IMG/VR virus record: IMGVR_UViG_3300023202_000336
Span: 64,001-128,000 of that record
Source of the DNA: a virus
Length of the DNA stretch: 64,000 nt
Direction: 5' to 3' (one strand)
The notes under the pieces were generated by a model. It was not told where the DNA came from. It searched no databases and worked only from the letters and a program-made list of their open reading frames with translations. The position numbers were made by a program, and so were the translations under genes. Below are positions 17,746 to 27,544 of the stretch, piece by piece (the stretch's first letter is position 1; every line of letters begins with the position of its first letter).

Positions 17746-20310
17746 GTGGCAACGTTCGGACAGAACGTAGGAGATCAGCAAGGCGCTGGGAACTCGGGTA
17801 ACGTCGGGCCCGGACAGCCTCCATCTACCGATTTTAATTTTCCGAGATATACCGATCTCGGCAGGTTTCCTCAGCCGCTCTACGTTCTTCGTGGAACCAT
17901 TCTCGCCGCGTTTCAGGGCCTGCAGTATTACGAGGTAGCAACCGATCACGGCCGTTACTTCGCGATCTACCGTGGAAGCAGCCGTGGTCAGATCGGTGCG
18001 ATGGAATCGGCCGGGTTTCTTCCTGGCGAGCAGGTTTGGATTGCGGTCGCCCCATCTCTTGGATCGTTTAACGGCGTTATCATCGGAGCAGCGAGTCACG
18101 CGCTCGCGGGCGATTTTCGTCAGGCGATCCCACTGACCGTTTTCCCGCAGGTAGCCGGGTTAGAAGTACAGGGCGGGGACGAGGGTTCGGGCGGAAGCGC
18201 CCGCATGTCCGGCCAGCTTCTCGCCGAACTTCCGCTACTGAGAAACTACAATAGCGGCATTCTCGATTCGGTCGACAGCGACTGGATGATGCATAACGCC
18301 ATCGGCGGTGCACTTGCCGTCGAGGCGTTCCGTACGTATCTTCAGGGCGGCCCGATGTCGGGCATCTACTGTTATAGCGACGGCGATCATACCCGGGTCG
18401 TTGGAAGTCGTTACGAGCTGATTACGTTCGCTGAAGAATACGAGGATCGTCAGCTTGGGCCGAACATCGTTCAGGTTGGCCGAAAAGTTTATTATCCGAT
18501 GGACGCTATCTACGAAAACGTTCCTCAGCGTCTTCGTGTGAGCGGCCCTGCGTACGGAGGTCACCAAGAGTTCCACTCCTACCGTGATAAAGATAATCTG
18601 GAAGACGAGGCTCCCGGGACGTTTGATCGTATTGCGTTGCTGCATGAATACCGCGGTCTCGATGGTGCTTACGTCCTTACGTCTGCGCATTCCATCACGC
18701 TTCAGAAGCGCGTCGGTGTTCGCGTTCCGATCGAGATCCTTGAGGGTGAAGTTGAGGAAGAAGAGGAAGATGGTGAAGAAGATGGTGAAGAAGAAGAGCT
18801 CACTCTTGAGGAGCAGGCCGAACAGTTCGGGATAGATACCGACGGGTTAACTGAAGAAGAAATACAGCAAGAGATTACCGAGGCTCGGAATCTTGCCCGT
18901 TGTGAACCAGCGGATCCAGAATTCTCGCCGAACAAGCCGGTCGACGGTGGAAGCGTCTACGCAACCGTTGTCCAGAGTCTTCGGATAAATACCGATCCGG
19001 AAGATACGAAGGATCCTCTCGAGTTCGCGATGAACTCTCGGAGCCTCGCCGACCGCATCGTCGACTGGCAGGCGCGCGGAGGGCTCGACGGTCTTACGGC
19101 TCAGTGGCGTCAGGGCCAGAAGCCGACGAAGATTTTTGATGAGGACGAGCAGCCGAAGGATTCGCTCATCGGTTGCGATCCTGGAATGTGGAAATGCGTT
19201 CCCAAGTCATTCACGCTCAACCTCGACCCGTATACAGCGAGTAAGCGGTACTTCCTCGGGAGAGCTATATTCACTATCACGGAAGATGGGAGCGTCGTCA
19301 TACAGGACGCGCAGGGTAGTCAGATAATGATGTCCGGAGGGAATATCTACCTCTCCGCACAGCACGACATTATTCAAGTGGCGGGCCGTAATAAGCTCGA
19401 CGTCGCCGGACGAGATATGGGTCACCGTGCTGGCCGTCATCTCGACCAGCAGGCGAATGAAGGCCGGATTACACAGGCTTCTGGTTCACAGATGTCGATC
19501 GTGGCGGGTATGGACGGCCACGGTGGCATTTTGATGGAATCGAGAGGCCAGCATTCGAGTACGGTCGATACCGGCGAGCTTCCCGCTACCGGCGGCGGTA
19601 TCATCATGCGCTCGAAGCACTTCATTGGGATGCGTGCGACGAACATTTCGATGAAGGCTCGTGGACCGACTGGGTGGTCCGCGCGCGAAGGTGGGAGCGG
19701 GATGATCACGCTCGATGCGGGAGATCTCGTAGCCTGGAGAGCGAAGAACGATCAGTTCTTCGGAAGTTTCGGGGCACAGATCATAGCTAAGCTTGAGAGC
19801 GCCGGAAACTCTACCGGAAAGATCGTGCTCGGTGCAAACTCGATGCTTGGACGTCTGCATGTCGTAAACGAATTGATCTATAAGCGTCTTCTCCATCAGA
19901 ACAGCGGTACCGAGTCGTTCGATGAGAAGCGCATTTTTGATCTTCTGAATTTCCTCGATGAGTATCTCAAGTCGCAGCTCGAGTACGAGAATCATCCTCT
20001 CGAGATCGGAGAAGACTACGAGCCTCGGTTCCTGGATTCGGCGCAGTATACGCTGCCGAGAAGTCAGTTCTTTACGCTCCCGCAGCCTGAGTGGGAGATC
20101 CGGTCGGTGAATCGTTTCGAGGGTAACTCGACCATGCTGAACGCGTTTATGATCGACACTCAGCTGAACGGATCGATCGCGTTCCCTGGGACCGAGGCCT
20201 GGAAGGTGACGCGAAACGAAATCTCTGAGCCCGACTATGGTGACGAACCGACCGTTGGTACGACTTTCAATCAGGTAGGCGCAAGCGGAGGCCTGAGAAA
20301 GGGGATCTGA
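17746..20310 (+). CDS. Baseplate hub/spike protein (gp5/VgrG-like)
   Basis: N-terminal OB-like PGEQVWIA segment; beta-helix-like ITEDGSVVIQDAQGSQIMMSGGNIYL repeats. Confidence 0.6.
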   Translation: MATFGQNVGDQQGAGNSGNVGPGQPPSTDFNFPRYTDLGRFPQPLYVLRGTILAAFQGLQYYEVATDHGRYFAIYRGSSRGQIGAMESAGFLPGEQVWIAVAPSLGSFNGVIIGAASHALAGDFRQAIPLTVFPQVAGLEVQGGDEGSGGSARMSGQLLAELPLLRNYNSGILDSVDSDWMMHNAIGGALAVEAFRTYLQGGPMSGIYCYSDGDHTRVVGSRYELITFAEEYEDRQLGPNIVQVGRKVYYPMDAIYENVPQRLRVSGPAYGGHQEFHSYRDKDNLEDEAPGTFDRIALLHEYRGLDGAYVLTSAHSITLQKRVGVRVPIEILEGEVEEEEEDGEEDGEEEELTLEEQAEQFGIDTDGLTEEEIQQEITEARNLARCEPADPEFSPNKPVDGGSVYATVVQSLRINTDPEDTKDPLEFAMNSRSLADRIVDWQARGGLDGLTAQWRQGQKPTKIFDEDEQPKDSLIGCDPGMWKCVPKSFTLNLDPYTASKRYFLGRAIFTITEDGSVVIQDAQGSQIMMSGGNIYLSAQHDIIQVAGRNKLDVAGRDMGHRAGRHLDQQANEGRITQASGSQMSIVAGMDGHGGILMESRGQHSSTVDTGELPATGGGIIMRSKHFIGMRATNISMKARGPTGWSAREGGSGMITLDAGDLVAWRAKNDQFFGSFGAQIIAKLESAGNSTGKIVLGANSMLGRLHVVNELIYKRLLHQNSGTESFDEKRIFDLLNFLDEYLKSQLEYENHPLEIGEDYEPRFLDSAQYTLPRSQFFTLPQPEWEIRSVNRFEGNSTMLNAFMIDTQLNGSIAFPGTEAWKVTRNEISEPDYGDEPTVGTTFNQVGASGGLRKGI

Positions 20311-20999
20311 TGAGCATGAGTGACGAGCAACTTCAGGAACTGGCGATTGGTACGCCGAGTGACGAGCAACTTCAGGAACTGGCGATTGGTACGCCGAACG
20401 AATCTTCGCAGGAGAAAGAAGACCCTCTGAAGGATATGCCTGACCCCGAGCCGCATGTAGTCGAACGGGCTCAGAAACTCGTTGATGACATGCAGCAAGG
20501 AAAGAAATTCTCGCAAGTTATCGATAGCGAAAAGAAAGAGAAGAAGCGGGCGGAGAAATCTGACGATATTCCTAAGAAGAGCCGTGTCGAGTTTCTCGCA
20601 CACATCCTCGAGGGTGTTCCGTTCAGAAAGACCTATGAGTTCTTCGACAGGAAGTTCACGGTTACATTCCGAACGCTCTCGAAGAGCGAAGAGGCGCAGC
20701 TCCTTAAGATCATAGCTGCTGAGGAAGTGCCGCAGCCGCAACAGGAGCAGGTCTTCTTCCAGCTCCTGCTCGCCGCCTCTATCGAGTCGTATACGGTCGA
20801 AGGCAAGAAGCACCGTATCGCGATATTCGGCACTGTAGCTCCCGAGGAAGACCCGCTCGAACGGTATCGGGAGTGGATGACTGAGACGAGCCGCGAGCGT
20901 TATCAGATTCTTAAGAGGGCTCATAAGCAGTTCCGTCGATTGCTTGCGATTATGATCGAGGAGGCAGGAAGCCCGGATTTTTGGAAGTCCCTCTCGTAG
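20310..20999 (+). CDS. Baseplate/tail assembly chaperone-like protein (T4 gp26-like)
   Basis: VTFRTLSKSEE motif; position. Confidence 0.45.
   Translation: MSMSDEQLQELAIGTPSDEQLQELAIGTPNESSQEKEDPLKDMPDPEPHVVERAQKLVDDMQQGKKFSQVIDSEKKEKKRAEKSDDIPKKSRVEFLAHILEGVPFRKTYEFFDRKFTVTFRTLSKSEEAQLLKIIAAEEVPQPQQEQVFFQLLLAASIESYTVEGKKHRIAIFGTVAPEEDPLERYREWMTETSRERYQILKRAHKQFRRLLAIMIEEAGSPDFWKSLS
20318..20397 (+). repeat. Perfect 39-bp tandem duplication (SDEQLQELAIGTP x2)
   Basis: Read directly. Confidence 0.95.
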
Positions 21000-21373
21000 C
21001 GGCCGTTCTTCGAGCCGTTTCGAGAGGGCTTCTCGATCTGAGAAGCTATGAGGATTCGCCGCGGTGGTGGGCCGGATTCACGCTGAAGCTCCGTATGGCG
21101 CGATTTGGTGTTCTTGCGGAGAAGTCGCGTCTCGAGGCTCAGTGCGAGTCTTCGCTGATCCCGCTCTCGAAGGGGTCGTTCGGGAGAGCTGAGCGCGCTG
21201 AAAAGCTGAGAAATGCCGTAAGTCGCTTCGAAGAGGCGCTGAGTTTCCGTGAGTCCGAGGCGTTGCAGGAGGGTGACGAACTCGACCTTCTGGCGAAATG
21301 GTATATCATTAACGCACCAGATAGGTTACGTAAGTTAGGGGTAGATTTTGGCTCTCTTGTATCCGATCGTTAG
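20981..21373 (+). CDS. Hypothetical tail assembly protein (TTG start, or -1 frameshift partner of 20310..20999)
   Basis: 19-nt overlap in the -1 frame at GGATTTTTGG. Confidence 0.5.
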   Translation: MEVPLVAAVLRAVSRGLLDLRSYEDSPRWWAGFTLKLRMARFGVLAEKSRLEAQCESSLIPLSKGSFGRAERAEKLRNAVSRFEEALSFRESEALQEGDELDLLAKWYIINAPDRLRKLGVDFGSLVSDR

Positions 21374-21803
21374 TTTCGATGATGACGACGATGAGGAAGA
21401 TCTCGGCGATAGTCCGTTCGATTTTTTCGAAGAAGATTCCGGCGACGACCCTTTTGTTGATTCCGAGAACTTTTTTACCCCTCTCGACGAGGATCCGGGA
21501 ATGAGCGTAGATATCTTTCCCGACGACGCCGATGAAGGTATTCCAGATCTGGCGATCGATTCGTTGACGAGCGTGAGCTCGTTCGGAGAAGGGGCTGCCG
21601 GGATCTTCGGACGTGACCTCTTCGGTGACGAGGATGAGACTGCCGAGGGGCTGAGGGTCGCCGAGAACGATATCGGGCATACGCTCCAGGAGGAGGGAAG
21701 TGCAGAAGCGGTAGAGGCGCTTGTTCGTAAGAACATCGCCGATTCGTACGGGGCGCTCCCTGTTTCACGTGGAACACTTCGTTCCGGATCCGGTGTTGGC
21801 TGA
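21348..21803 (+). CDS. Highly acidic hypothetical protein
   Basis: D/E/F-rich, TGATG overlap with next gene. Confidence 0.55.
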   Translation: MALLYPIVSFDDDDDEEDLGDSPFDFFEEDSGDDPFVDSENFFTPLDEDPGMSVDIFPDDADEGIPDLAIDSLTSVSSFGEGAAGIFGRDLFGDEDETAEGLRVAENDIGHTLQEEGSAEAVEALVRKNIADSYGALPVSRGTLRSGSGVG

Positions 21804-22282
21804 TGGCGACGGTAGTAGGTTGCAGCGGCGGCGCGGGCCGCATCATCGCGATCGACTCTCAGGAGGCGACGACACTGACTGTCGGGCTGAGTTATGCCGG
21901 CGGCGACGATGCAGAAGCGACCGAGGATCTTGTGAGGCTGGGTATCGTTACCCAGGTACAGGCTGCACAGAACATCGCGGCTCAGTTCCAGAACGCGCTG
22001 ACCGATGCGATTTACGTAACTCCGTTCGGCGACCTCCCGGGGACGGTACGAGTAAGCTTCGTCACCAATAGGACCTGCAACAAGGACGAAGAGGTTCCAC
22101 TCGACGCAATTCAGCACTACCTCAATCGCCGCCTTCTTCCGGGAAGGAATCTCGTCGCAGCGACGATCACGATCGGATCTGGTACGTTTCGAGGCTATCT
22201 GGTGGCCCTGCTGATTAACGGGAGTTCTCAGGGAACGCCGATTGTGAACTCGACGCTGGTATTCAAGGCGTGGCCACAATGA
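21803..22282 (+). CDS. Putative tube-initiator/baseplate protein
   Basis: IYVTPFGDLPGTVRVSF pattern resembling tube-like folds. Confidence 0.45.
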   Translation: MATVVGCSGGAGRIIAIDSQEATTLTVGLSYAGGDDAEATEDLVRLGIVTQVQAAQNIAAQFQNALTDAIYVTPFGDLPGTVRVSFVTNRTCNKDEEVPLDAIQHYLNRRLLPGRNLVAATITIGSGTFRGYLVALLINGSSQGTPIVNSTLVFKAWPQ

Positions 22283-22734
22283 TCAATTCGTTTCTCGTGA
22301 CGCTTCACAACTCGGAGACGCAGCCGACGAATCCTTCATCGGAGGTAGGCGACGTGCTCTGGCCGGATACGTATCTGCCGAAAACATTCAATACCGATGA
22401 GGCGATTGCCGAGAAGATACTCTTCGATGGCGAGGCAGACGCTCTCCGTCATTTTCTGAGAGCAATCCAGATGCTGTGGGTTGTTGAGAACAGTGTTCAC
22501 GCCAACACAATCTTTCAGGATGACCCGAGAACCTCTTATACGCAGGAGCAACTCGAGGGGCAGTTCAAGGGGACCGTACTCGAAAAGCAGCAGATCAGCC
22601 GTATTCTCGGCTGCATCGACAAGATTCCGGCGACGAAGTTCCTGAGCGGCGAGCTTCTTGAGACGTTTCGTTTCGCGCTTTCGCCGATGGATCGTCTCGC
22701 GGCTGTGATCGCTCATTTCGGGAAGCGACCGTGA
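22279..22734 (+). CDS. Hypothetical baseplate-region protein
   Basis: ATGA/GTGA overlaps on both sides. Confidence 0.55.
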   Translation: MINSFLVTLHNSETQPTNPSSEVGDVLWPDTYLPKTFNTDEAIAEKILFDGEADALRHFLRAIQMLWVVENSVHANTIFQDDPRTSYTQEQLEGQFKGTVLEKQQISRILGCIDKIPATKFLSGELLETFRFALSPMDRLAAVIAHFGKRP

Positions 22735-24203
22735 CTGAGTCTGTCGCTACGCCGTCGTCGATCCGGCTCTTCAGCCGTGGCGGTACGTACGATATCGCGT
22801 CGGTACGAGCCACGTTTACTGCGAACGGCATCAATGCTGCCGAGGTTGATCTCGCAGTTGGTCGTAACGAGCAGGGAAACCTCGTAAATATTGCGTTCGA
22901 TCGAGGAGACGATGCGGCAATATTTGTCAACAACGCTGACGTATTTACCGACTCGTCCTTTTCGACCTTCGGGTTCCTGAGGGCCTCCAACTTCACGCTT
23001 TTTAGCGGCGTGATCGATGACTTCGGTCCGAGCGATATTTCGTATGGAGCCTTCACTATTCGCGTGCGGATACTCGGTAACCTCGTAAAGCTCACGTCGG
23101 GGACACTTCAGGCGAACCAGATAGTACCGACCTCTTATCTCGATACGCGTGTCCCATTCTCTTACATGGTAGGAAAATCCGAGCAGTTCGTGCTCAACCC
23201 TGAACGTGCTGCGAATGGGTTTTTCTCCGAGCTCCGCCGAGCGCTCCTTGGCATCTCGGAGGATAAGACCGCGTCGGCAGGAAGCGTGACCTCTCAGATC
23301 CAGCTTCAGTTTTCTGGTTCGAACCTCGATGCGGCCGAGCAGCTCCTCGATACGAGAGGTGAGTTGAATTGGGATCAGCAGGCGCGACCGACTATTGCTG
23401 GGGTTACCAACCATATTAACGAACTATTTGGACGGGAGTGGTTTTACGAGTCGATTTTCAATCGAATCATTACGATTGGTGAGATGCTTCGATTCGCGAT
23501 CGTCGAGAACGGGAGTGGTATTAAAGTCGTTCCGTATCATCCTTTCTTTCGGAGAGCGGATGCGGTCGAGATCCCTTCGAGTACCTATAACTCGATCCAA
23601 CATGTCCCGGGGGAAGGGTTTCCGAATTACAGTGGGGCAGTCATGGTCTCGGGCGGGGGGCACGATTCCGCAAGTCCTGGAGACCTGGTGATGGGTCAGT
23701 ACAAGCGGCTGGGGAGTACGATCGGACAGGTTTTCACCGCAACGGCTCCACCGTTCTTCAGTGCGATGTCCTATTCGCAATTTTTCCCGAAAGGCGCCGA
23801 ACGCCGTGCCACCGTCGGAAACGTCGCATTCGCGAATATCCTCGCCAAGATCCTGACATGGGAGCTGAACTATAAGAGAGGATTGGTGGTTTCGTCTCCG
23901 ACGCTTCGGACGGATATTGCGCCTCTTTCTGCCGTGAGAGTCGATTTTCCGAATATCCCAGAGATCCAGGCAGGCACCGATACACCGGCTGTCTACGGGT
24001 CGGTACAAAAAGTGACGGTTGTGATGGATGCCTCACGGCAGTACGCTGCTACTACCTTTCATATAGGTTACGTACGATCCTACCAGCAACAGGAGCAGGA
24101 AATCGATCCTGATTTGAGCCCAAATGAGCACCCCTTCTGGAACACCAACTCGATTGGAGGACGTCTGGACTCAATCCAGGAGCGGGGCACGAGCGTCGTC
24201 TAG
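22731..24203 (+). CDS. Baseplate hub protein (gp27/gp44-like)
   Basis: 490 aa, beta-rich, C-terminal YGSVQKVTVVMD; position. Confidence 0.5.
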   Translation: MTESVATPSSIRLFSRGGTYDIASVRATFTANGINAAEVDLAVGRNEQGNLVNIAFDRGDDAAIFVNNADVFTDSSFSTFGFLRASNFTLFSGVIDDFGPSDISYGAFTIRVRILGNLVKLTSGTLQANQIVPTSYLDTRVPFSYMVGKSEQFVLNPERAANGFFSELRRALLGISEDKTASAGSVTSQIQLQFSGSNLDAAEQLLDTRGELNWDQQARPTIAGVTNHINELFGREWFYESIFNRIITIGEMLRFAIVENGSGIKVVPYHPFFRRADAVEIPSSTYNSIQHVPGEGFPNYSGAVMVSGGGHDSASPGDLVMGQYKRLGSTIGQVFTATAPPFFSAMSYSQFFPKGAERRATVGNVAFANILAKILTWELNYKRGLVVSSPTLRTDIAPLSAVRVDFPNIPEIQAGTDTPAVYGSVQKVTVVMDASRQYAATTFHIGYVRSYQQQEQEIDPDLSPNEHPFWNTNSIGGRLDSIQERGTSVV

Positions 24204-24906
24204 CGACGCTTACGACTCCTGGCGGAAGAATCAGACGCCTTCGAATCTCAAGCGGGTTATCGATGATCTCGAGCCGACGATCAAGTCGTCGATTCGTACC
24301 TACGTCGGTCCGCGCGTATCGCCGACTATCGATCAGCGGGCGAAGATCATCGCAGCGAGGGCGGTGAAGAAGTACGATCCGTCTCAGAAAGCGAATCTTA
24401 ATACTTACGTGTCGAATCAGCTTCGTGAACTTCAGAGGACCGCTCCGCAGATCAGCGACCCTCTTTCGCCGAGTGAACGATTTCGCCAGAATCAGGGCGA
24501 GATCATGACCGCTGAAACCGAGATCGAAGACCGTATCGGGCGTCCGGCGACCGATGAAGAGATAGCGAGAGCTACAGGATTCCCGGTGAAACGCGTGACG
24601 AAGGTCCGTGAGCGCATGCGTGCTAGGGTGCCGATGTCGGTATACGAAGACTCTTTCGGTGAGGATGATGACGACGGGGCTGAAGATATCGTCGCGTCGG
24701 AGCACACCGATTACGACGACTGGGTCGACGCCGTCTATCAGGACCTGGACGATATCGACCGGCTCATATTGATGCATCGCACCGGTTACCGAGGCACGAA
24801 TATCCTGAGCAATCGAGAAATCGCGATGAGACTCGACATGTCTCCAGCCTCGGTGAGCCAGCGGGCAGGGCGTGTTCAGAAACGATTGGATGAATTCTAT
24901 GAGTGA
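24124..24906 (+). CDS. Phage-encoded sigma-70-family RNA polymerase sigma factor
   Basis: KYDPSQKANLNTYV (region 2), RPATDEEIARATG (region 3), SNREIAMRLDMSPASVSQ (region 4 HTH). Confidence 0.85.
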   Translation: MSTPSGTPTRLEDVWTQSRSGARASSSDAYDSWRKNQTPSNLKRVIDDLEPTIKSSIRTYVGPRVSPTIDQRAKIIAARAVKKYDPSQKANLNTYVSNQLRELQRTAPQISDPLSPSERFRQNQGEIMTAETEIEDRIGRPATDEEIARATGFPVKRVTKVRERMRARVPMSVYEDSFGEDDDDGAEDIVASEHTDYDDWVDAVYQDLDDIDRLILMHRTGYRGTNILSNREIAMRLDMSPASVSQRAGRVQKRLDEFYE

Positions 24907-25450
24907 GCAGGAACTTCATTCGGATACCGCCGCATGGCTGGGTGAGCGGAGCGGATTCCGTCAGAGTATCGCAGGAGCATTTCTTGCAGGAGGCCAGGCT
25001 CCTGCTGAAGAGGAAGGTGCTCAAGAGGAAGAAGAGGCTCAGGAGCAGGAGGAACCGAGTCCGGGAAACCAGCAGTCATCTGATTTTGGGTGCGAGGTAT
25101 CTCACAACGACGCCTTCAGCGGCGTCGAGACCAACCCGTTCCAGTCCGAGGTCGAGGGAGGTTTCCCTGACTCGACAGCGATCACGAAAGACATTCTCGA
25201 TGGAGTAAAGGACTTCGAAACTGCCGAGAAGCTCATTCCGCTTCAGCGGCAGGTGAATGCGCTCGAATCCTTCCGTAAGACGACGCTGAACAGGAAGCAG
25301 CGCCGGGTCCATCTCCTTCGGCATTCGCAGGAGAATTGGGGCCGCGAAGAGCAGTATCAGTCCGAGCTCCAGGCAGCGTTGATAGGGCGTCAGATTGGTC
25401 TCTCGGGAAATATCGAGGCCGAGCAGACAGAAGAGAATGGCGAATCCTGA
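24899..25450 (+). CDS. Hypothetical protein
   Basis: ATG at 24899 overlapping sigma stop. Confidence 0.55.
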   Translation: MSEQELHSDTAAWLGERSGFRQSIAGAFLAGGQAPAEEEGAQEEEEAQEQEEPSPGNQQSSDFGCEVSHNDAFSGVETNPFQSEVEGGFPDSTAITKDILDGVKDFETAEKLIPLQRQVNALESFRKTTLNRKQRRVHLLRHSQENWGREEQYQSELQAALIGRQIGLSGNIEAEQTEENGES

Positions 25451-25508
25451 GCTTTTCAGAGGTGGAAGTGCTCTCTGAGAGCCCCAAAATAAGTCATAGG
25501 GAAGGGTT

Positions 25509-25889
25509 ATGGCCGAACTGCAAGATCTCGGGTTGGAGAAGCAAAGCGAGGGATTCGCGCTTGTTGCTCCGATGACGGATCTCGAGGATCGGATGAAGAA
25601 CCGGTTCCTCATTCAGTTTTTGAGCAGTCGGCGCGGGGAGCGCGGGAGCGTGTTCATTTCCGAAATGGCGGCAGGTCGTATCAAGTCGAATGCAGAGATC
25701 ATCTCACTGTTCTCACTCGCTTCGCAACAGGTCATGGTATTGCTTCGAAAGCTGAATAACGAGATTTTTCCGCTGCACACGAATCTCGACTCGTTCACTT
25801 TCATCGACCTCTTCAACGTCATTTTGAACTTCACTATCTTTACAACTGAAGGCAGCATCAGCGCGAACGCCGAGGTGAGTGAGTCGTGA
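25509..25889 (+). CDS. Baseplate wedge protein (gp25-like)
   Basis: 126 aa directly before baseplate J-like gene; RFLIQFLS..G pattern. Confidence 0.5.
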   Translation: MAELQDLGLEKQSEGFALVAPMTDLEDRMKNRFLIQFLSSRRGERGSVFISEMAAGRIKSNAEIISLFSLASQQVMVLLRKLNNEIFPLHTNLDSFTFIDLFNVILNFTIFTTEGSISANAEVSES

Positions 25890-27544
25890 CTTCTATCGAC
25901 GAAAATCTGACGCAGAGCGACATCGATGATGCGAAGGAAGCGATCCGCACGCTGCTGCAGGAACAAGATCCGACGCTCGATTTGAGTAACGGCGGGCCGG
26001 TCGATAGCCTTCTGGTCGACGGTACTTCGCTTGTTGCAGCACAGAACGATGCCGACGTCGATCGTGCATTCCTTCTTCAGAGTCTTCAGGCGATCGCTTC
26101 CGGGACCGTCACGGTTGAAGATGAGGACCTCGAGAACCTCATGGAGGCGTATTTTCTCGCGCGGAAAGAGGCGGTTCCGGCGACTGGAGACGTGGAGTTC
26201 ATCGTTTCCGAAGACCGGGTCTATACGATACCGGCTGGATTCACCATCCGATTCGGTGATCAGGCGTACGAAGTAACACAGACCTTTACGGTCTCTCCGG
26301 ATGGAACGACCGGTGTCGATTTTTCGGATGAGACGAATATCCGCCTTCAAGATATTTTCGACGAAGAGACCGGGTTCGGTCATCGATTCGTCATTCCGTT
26401 TTCGTCGGTCGAATCCGTTCCCGAAGCGATTCGTACCGCAGGTGATCGATTTACGCCGGATCAGGGCTTTTCTGGACTCGGCCCGATAGAGGCTGCTGAG
26501 AACTTTCAGGGCGGTACTGCTGAAGAGACGAACGCCGAGTTCGCATCGCGTGGACTTACCGGTGTTCTTGCCGAAACTGTTGGTGGAAGAGATAACATCA
26601 ACAAGATCGTCGGGCAGGCGGTCCAGAACGCGGTCTCGAATACGGTCGGTATCAACGATCCGCTGATGACACGTGATCGTAACAATGTCTTCAATCTCCC
26701 CGTTGGCGGGAAGATCGATGTTTACGCGAAGTCCGGAGCGATCGGCCAGGAGGCTTTCCAGGTCGATGCGGAAGTGGTCGATGTCGGGGCACGTCGCCTC
26801 AAAGTGAGACTGACTCGCGAAGAGAGCGCCGGTGTTTACCGAGCGGTAGTCGCTGGGTTCTTCGTATCGTCTCCTCCTGGAGGGATTACCGGCGAGATTA
26901 CGATCGAGTCCATCGAGCACTTCGCAGCGACGGTCGACGGGTTTAATCCGGAGATGCCGACCGAGATTGAGCGAGCATTTTCCGCTAATCAAGAGATCGA
27001 GATCACGTTTACCGATACGCGCGTCGATAGTCTTCTTAACCCGATCGTGACGCTGAGCTTCGTTGGTGAGACCATCAGCGGAGCGTATCAGGCCGAGACG
27101 CAGTTCCAGCCGGGTATCTTGTCGGCCGCTGACGCACTGAGTGCAGACGACGACGTTCGCCCTCCGGGGCTGGACGTATTGGTGAAAGCAGCAGTCCCGT
27201 GCATCACGAATATCAGTGTTGTTGCACAGACTCCCGAGGATTATAGCGGTCCCGATGAAGAGTCGCTTCAGCTTTCGATCGTATCGGCAGTCAACCTACT
27301 TCCGGTGACGCGTGCGTCGCTGGACGCGTTTACGATCTCTACGATCGTGCAAAATGCTGCACCAGATCTGACGGTTTCATCGGTAACGATGACCGGGACC
27401 GTTTTCGGGCAGGACGATACGGACATCTCTATTCCGCAGACGTCCTCGAAGCTCCAGATCCCGCTCAATACCACCGCGAAGGTTGGGCCGGCGAATACTT
27501 ATTTCACGACGACTTTCGATAAAGTGACGGTGACCTTTGTTTGA
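25886..27544 (+). CDS. Baseplate J/gp6-like wedge protein
   Basis: RKEAVPATGDVEF, YTIPAGF, GGTAEETNAEF and GGKIDVY motifs. Confidence 0.8.
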   Translation: MTSIDENLTQSDIDDAKEAIRTLLQEQDPTLDLSNGGPVDSLLVDGTSLVAAQNDADVDRAFLLQSLQAIASGTVTVEDEDLENLMEAYFLARKEAVPATGDVEFIVSEDRVYTIPAGFTIRFGDQAYEVTQTFTVSPDGTTGVDFSDETNIRLQDIFDEETGFGHRFVIPFSSVESVPEAIRTAGDRFTPDQGFSGLGPIEAAENFQGGTAEETNAEFASRGLTGVLAETVGGRDNINKIVGQAVQNAVSNTVGINDPLMTRDRNNVFNLPVGGKIDVYAKSGAIGQEAFQVDAEVVDVGARRLKVRLTREESAGVYRAVVAGFFVSSPPGGITGEITIESIEHFAATVDGFNPEMPTEIERAFSANQEIEITFTDTRVDSLLNPIVTLSFVGETISGAYQAETQFQPGILSAADALSADDDVRPPGLDVLVKAAVPCITNISVVAQTPEDYSGPDEESLQLSIVSAVNLLPVTRASLDAFTISTIVQNAAPDLTVSSVTMTGTVFGQDDTDISIPQTSSKLQIPLNTTAKVGPANTYFTTTFDKVTVTFV

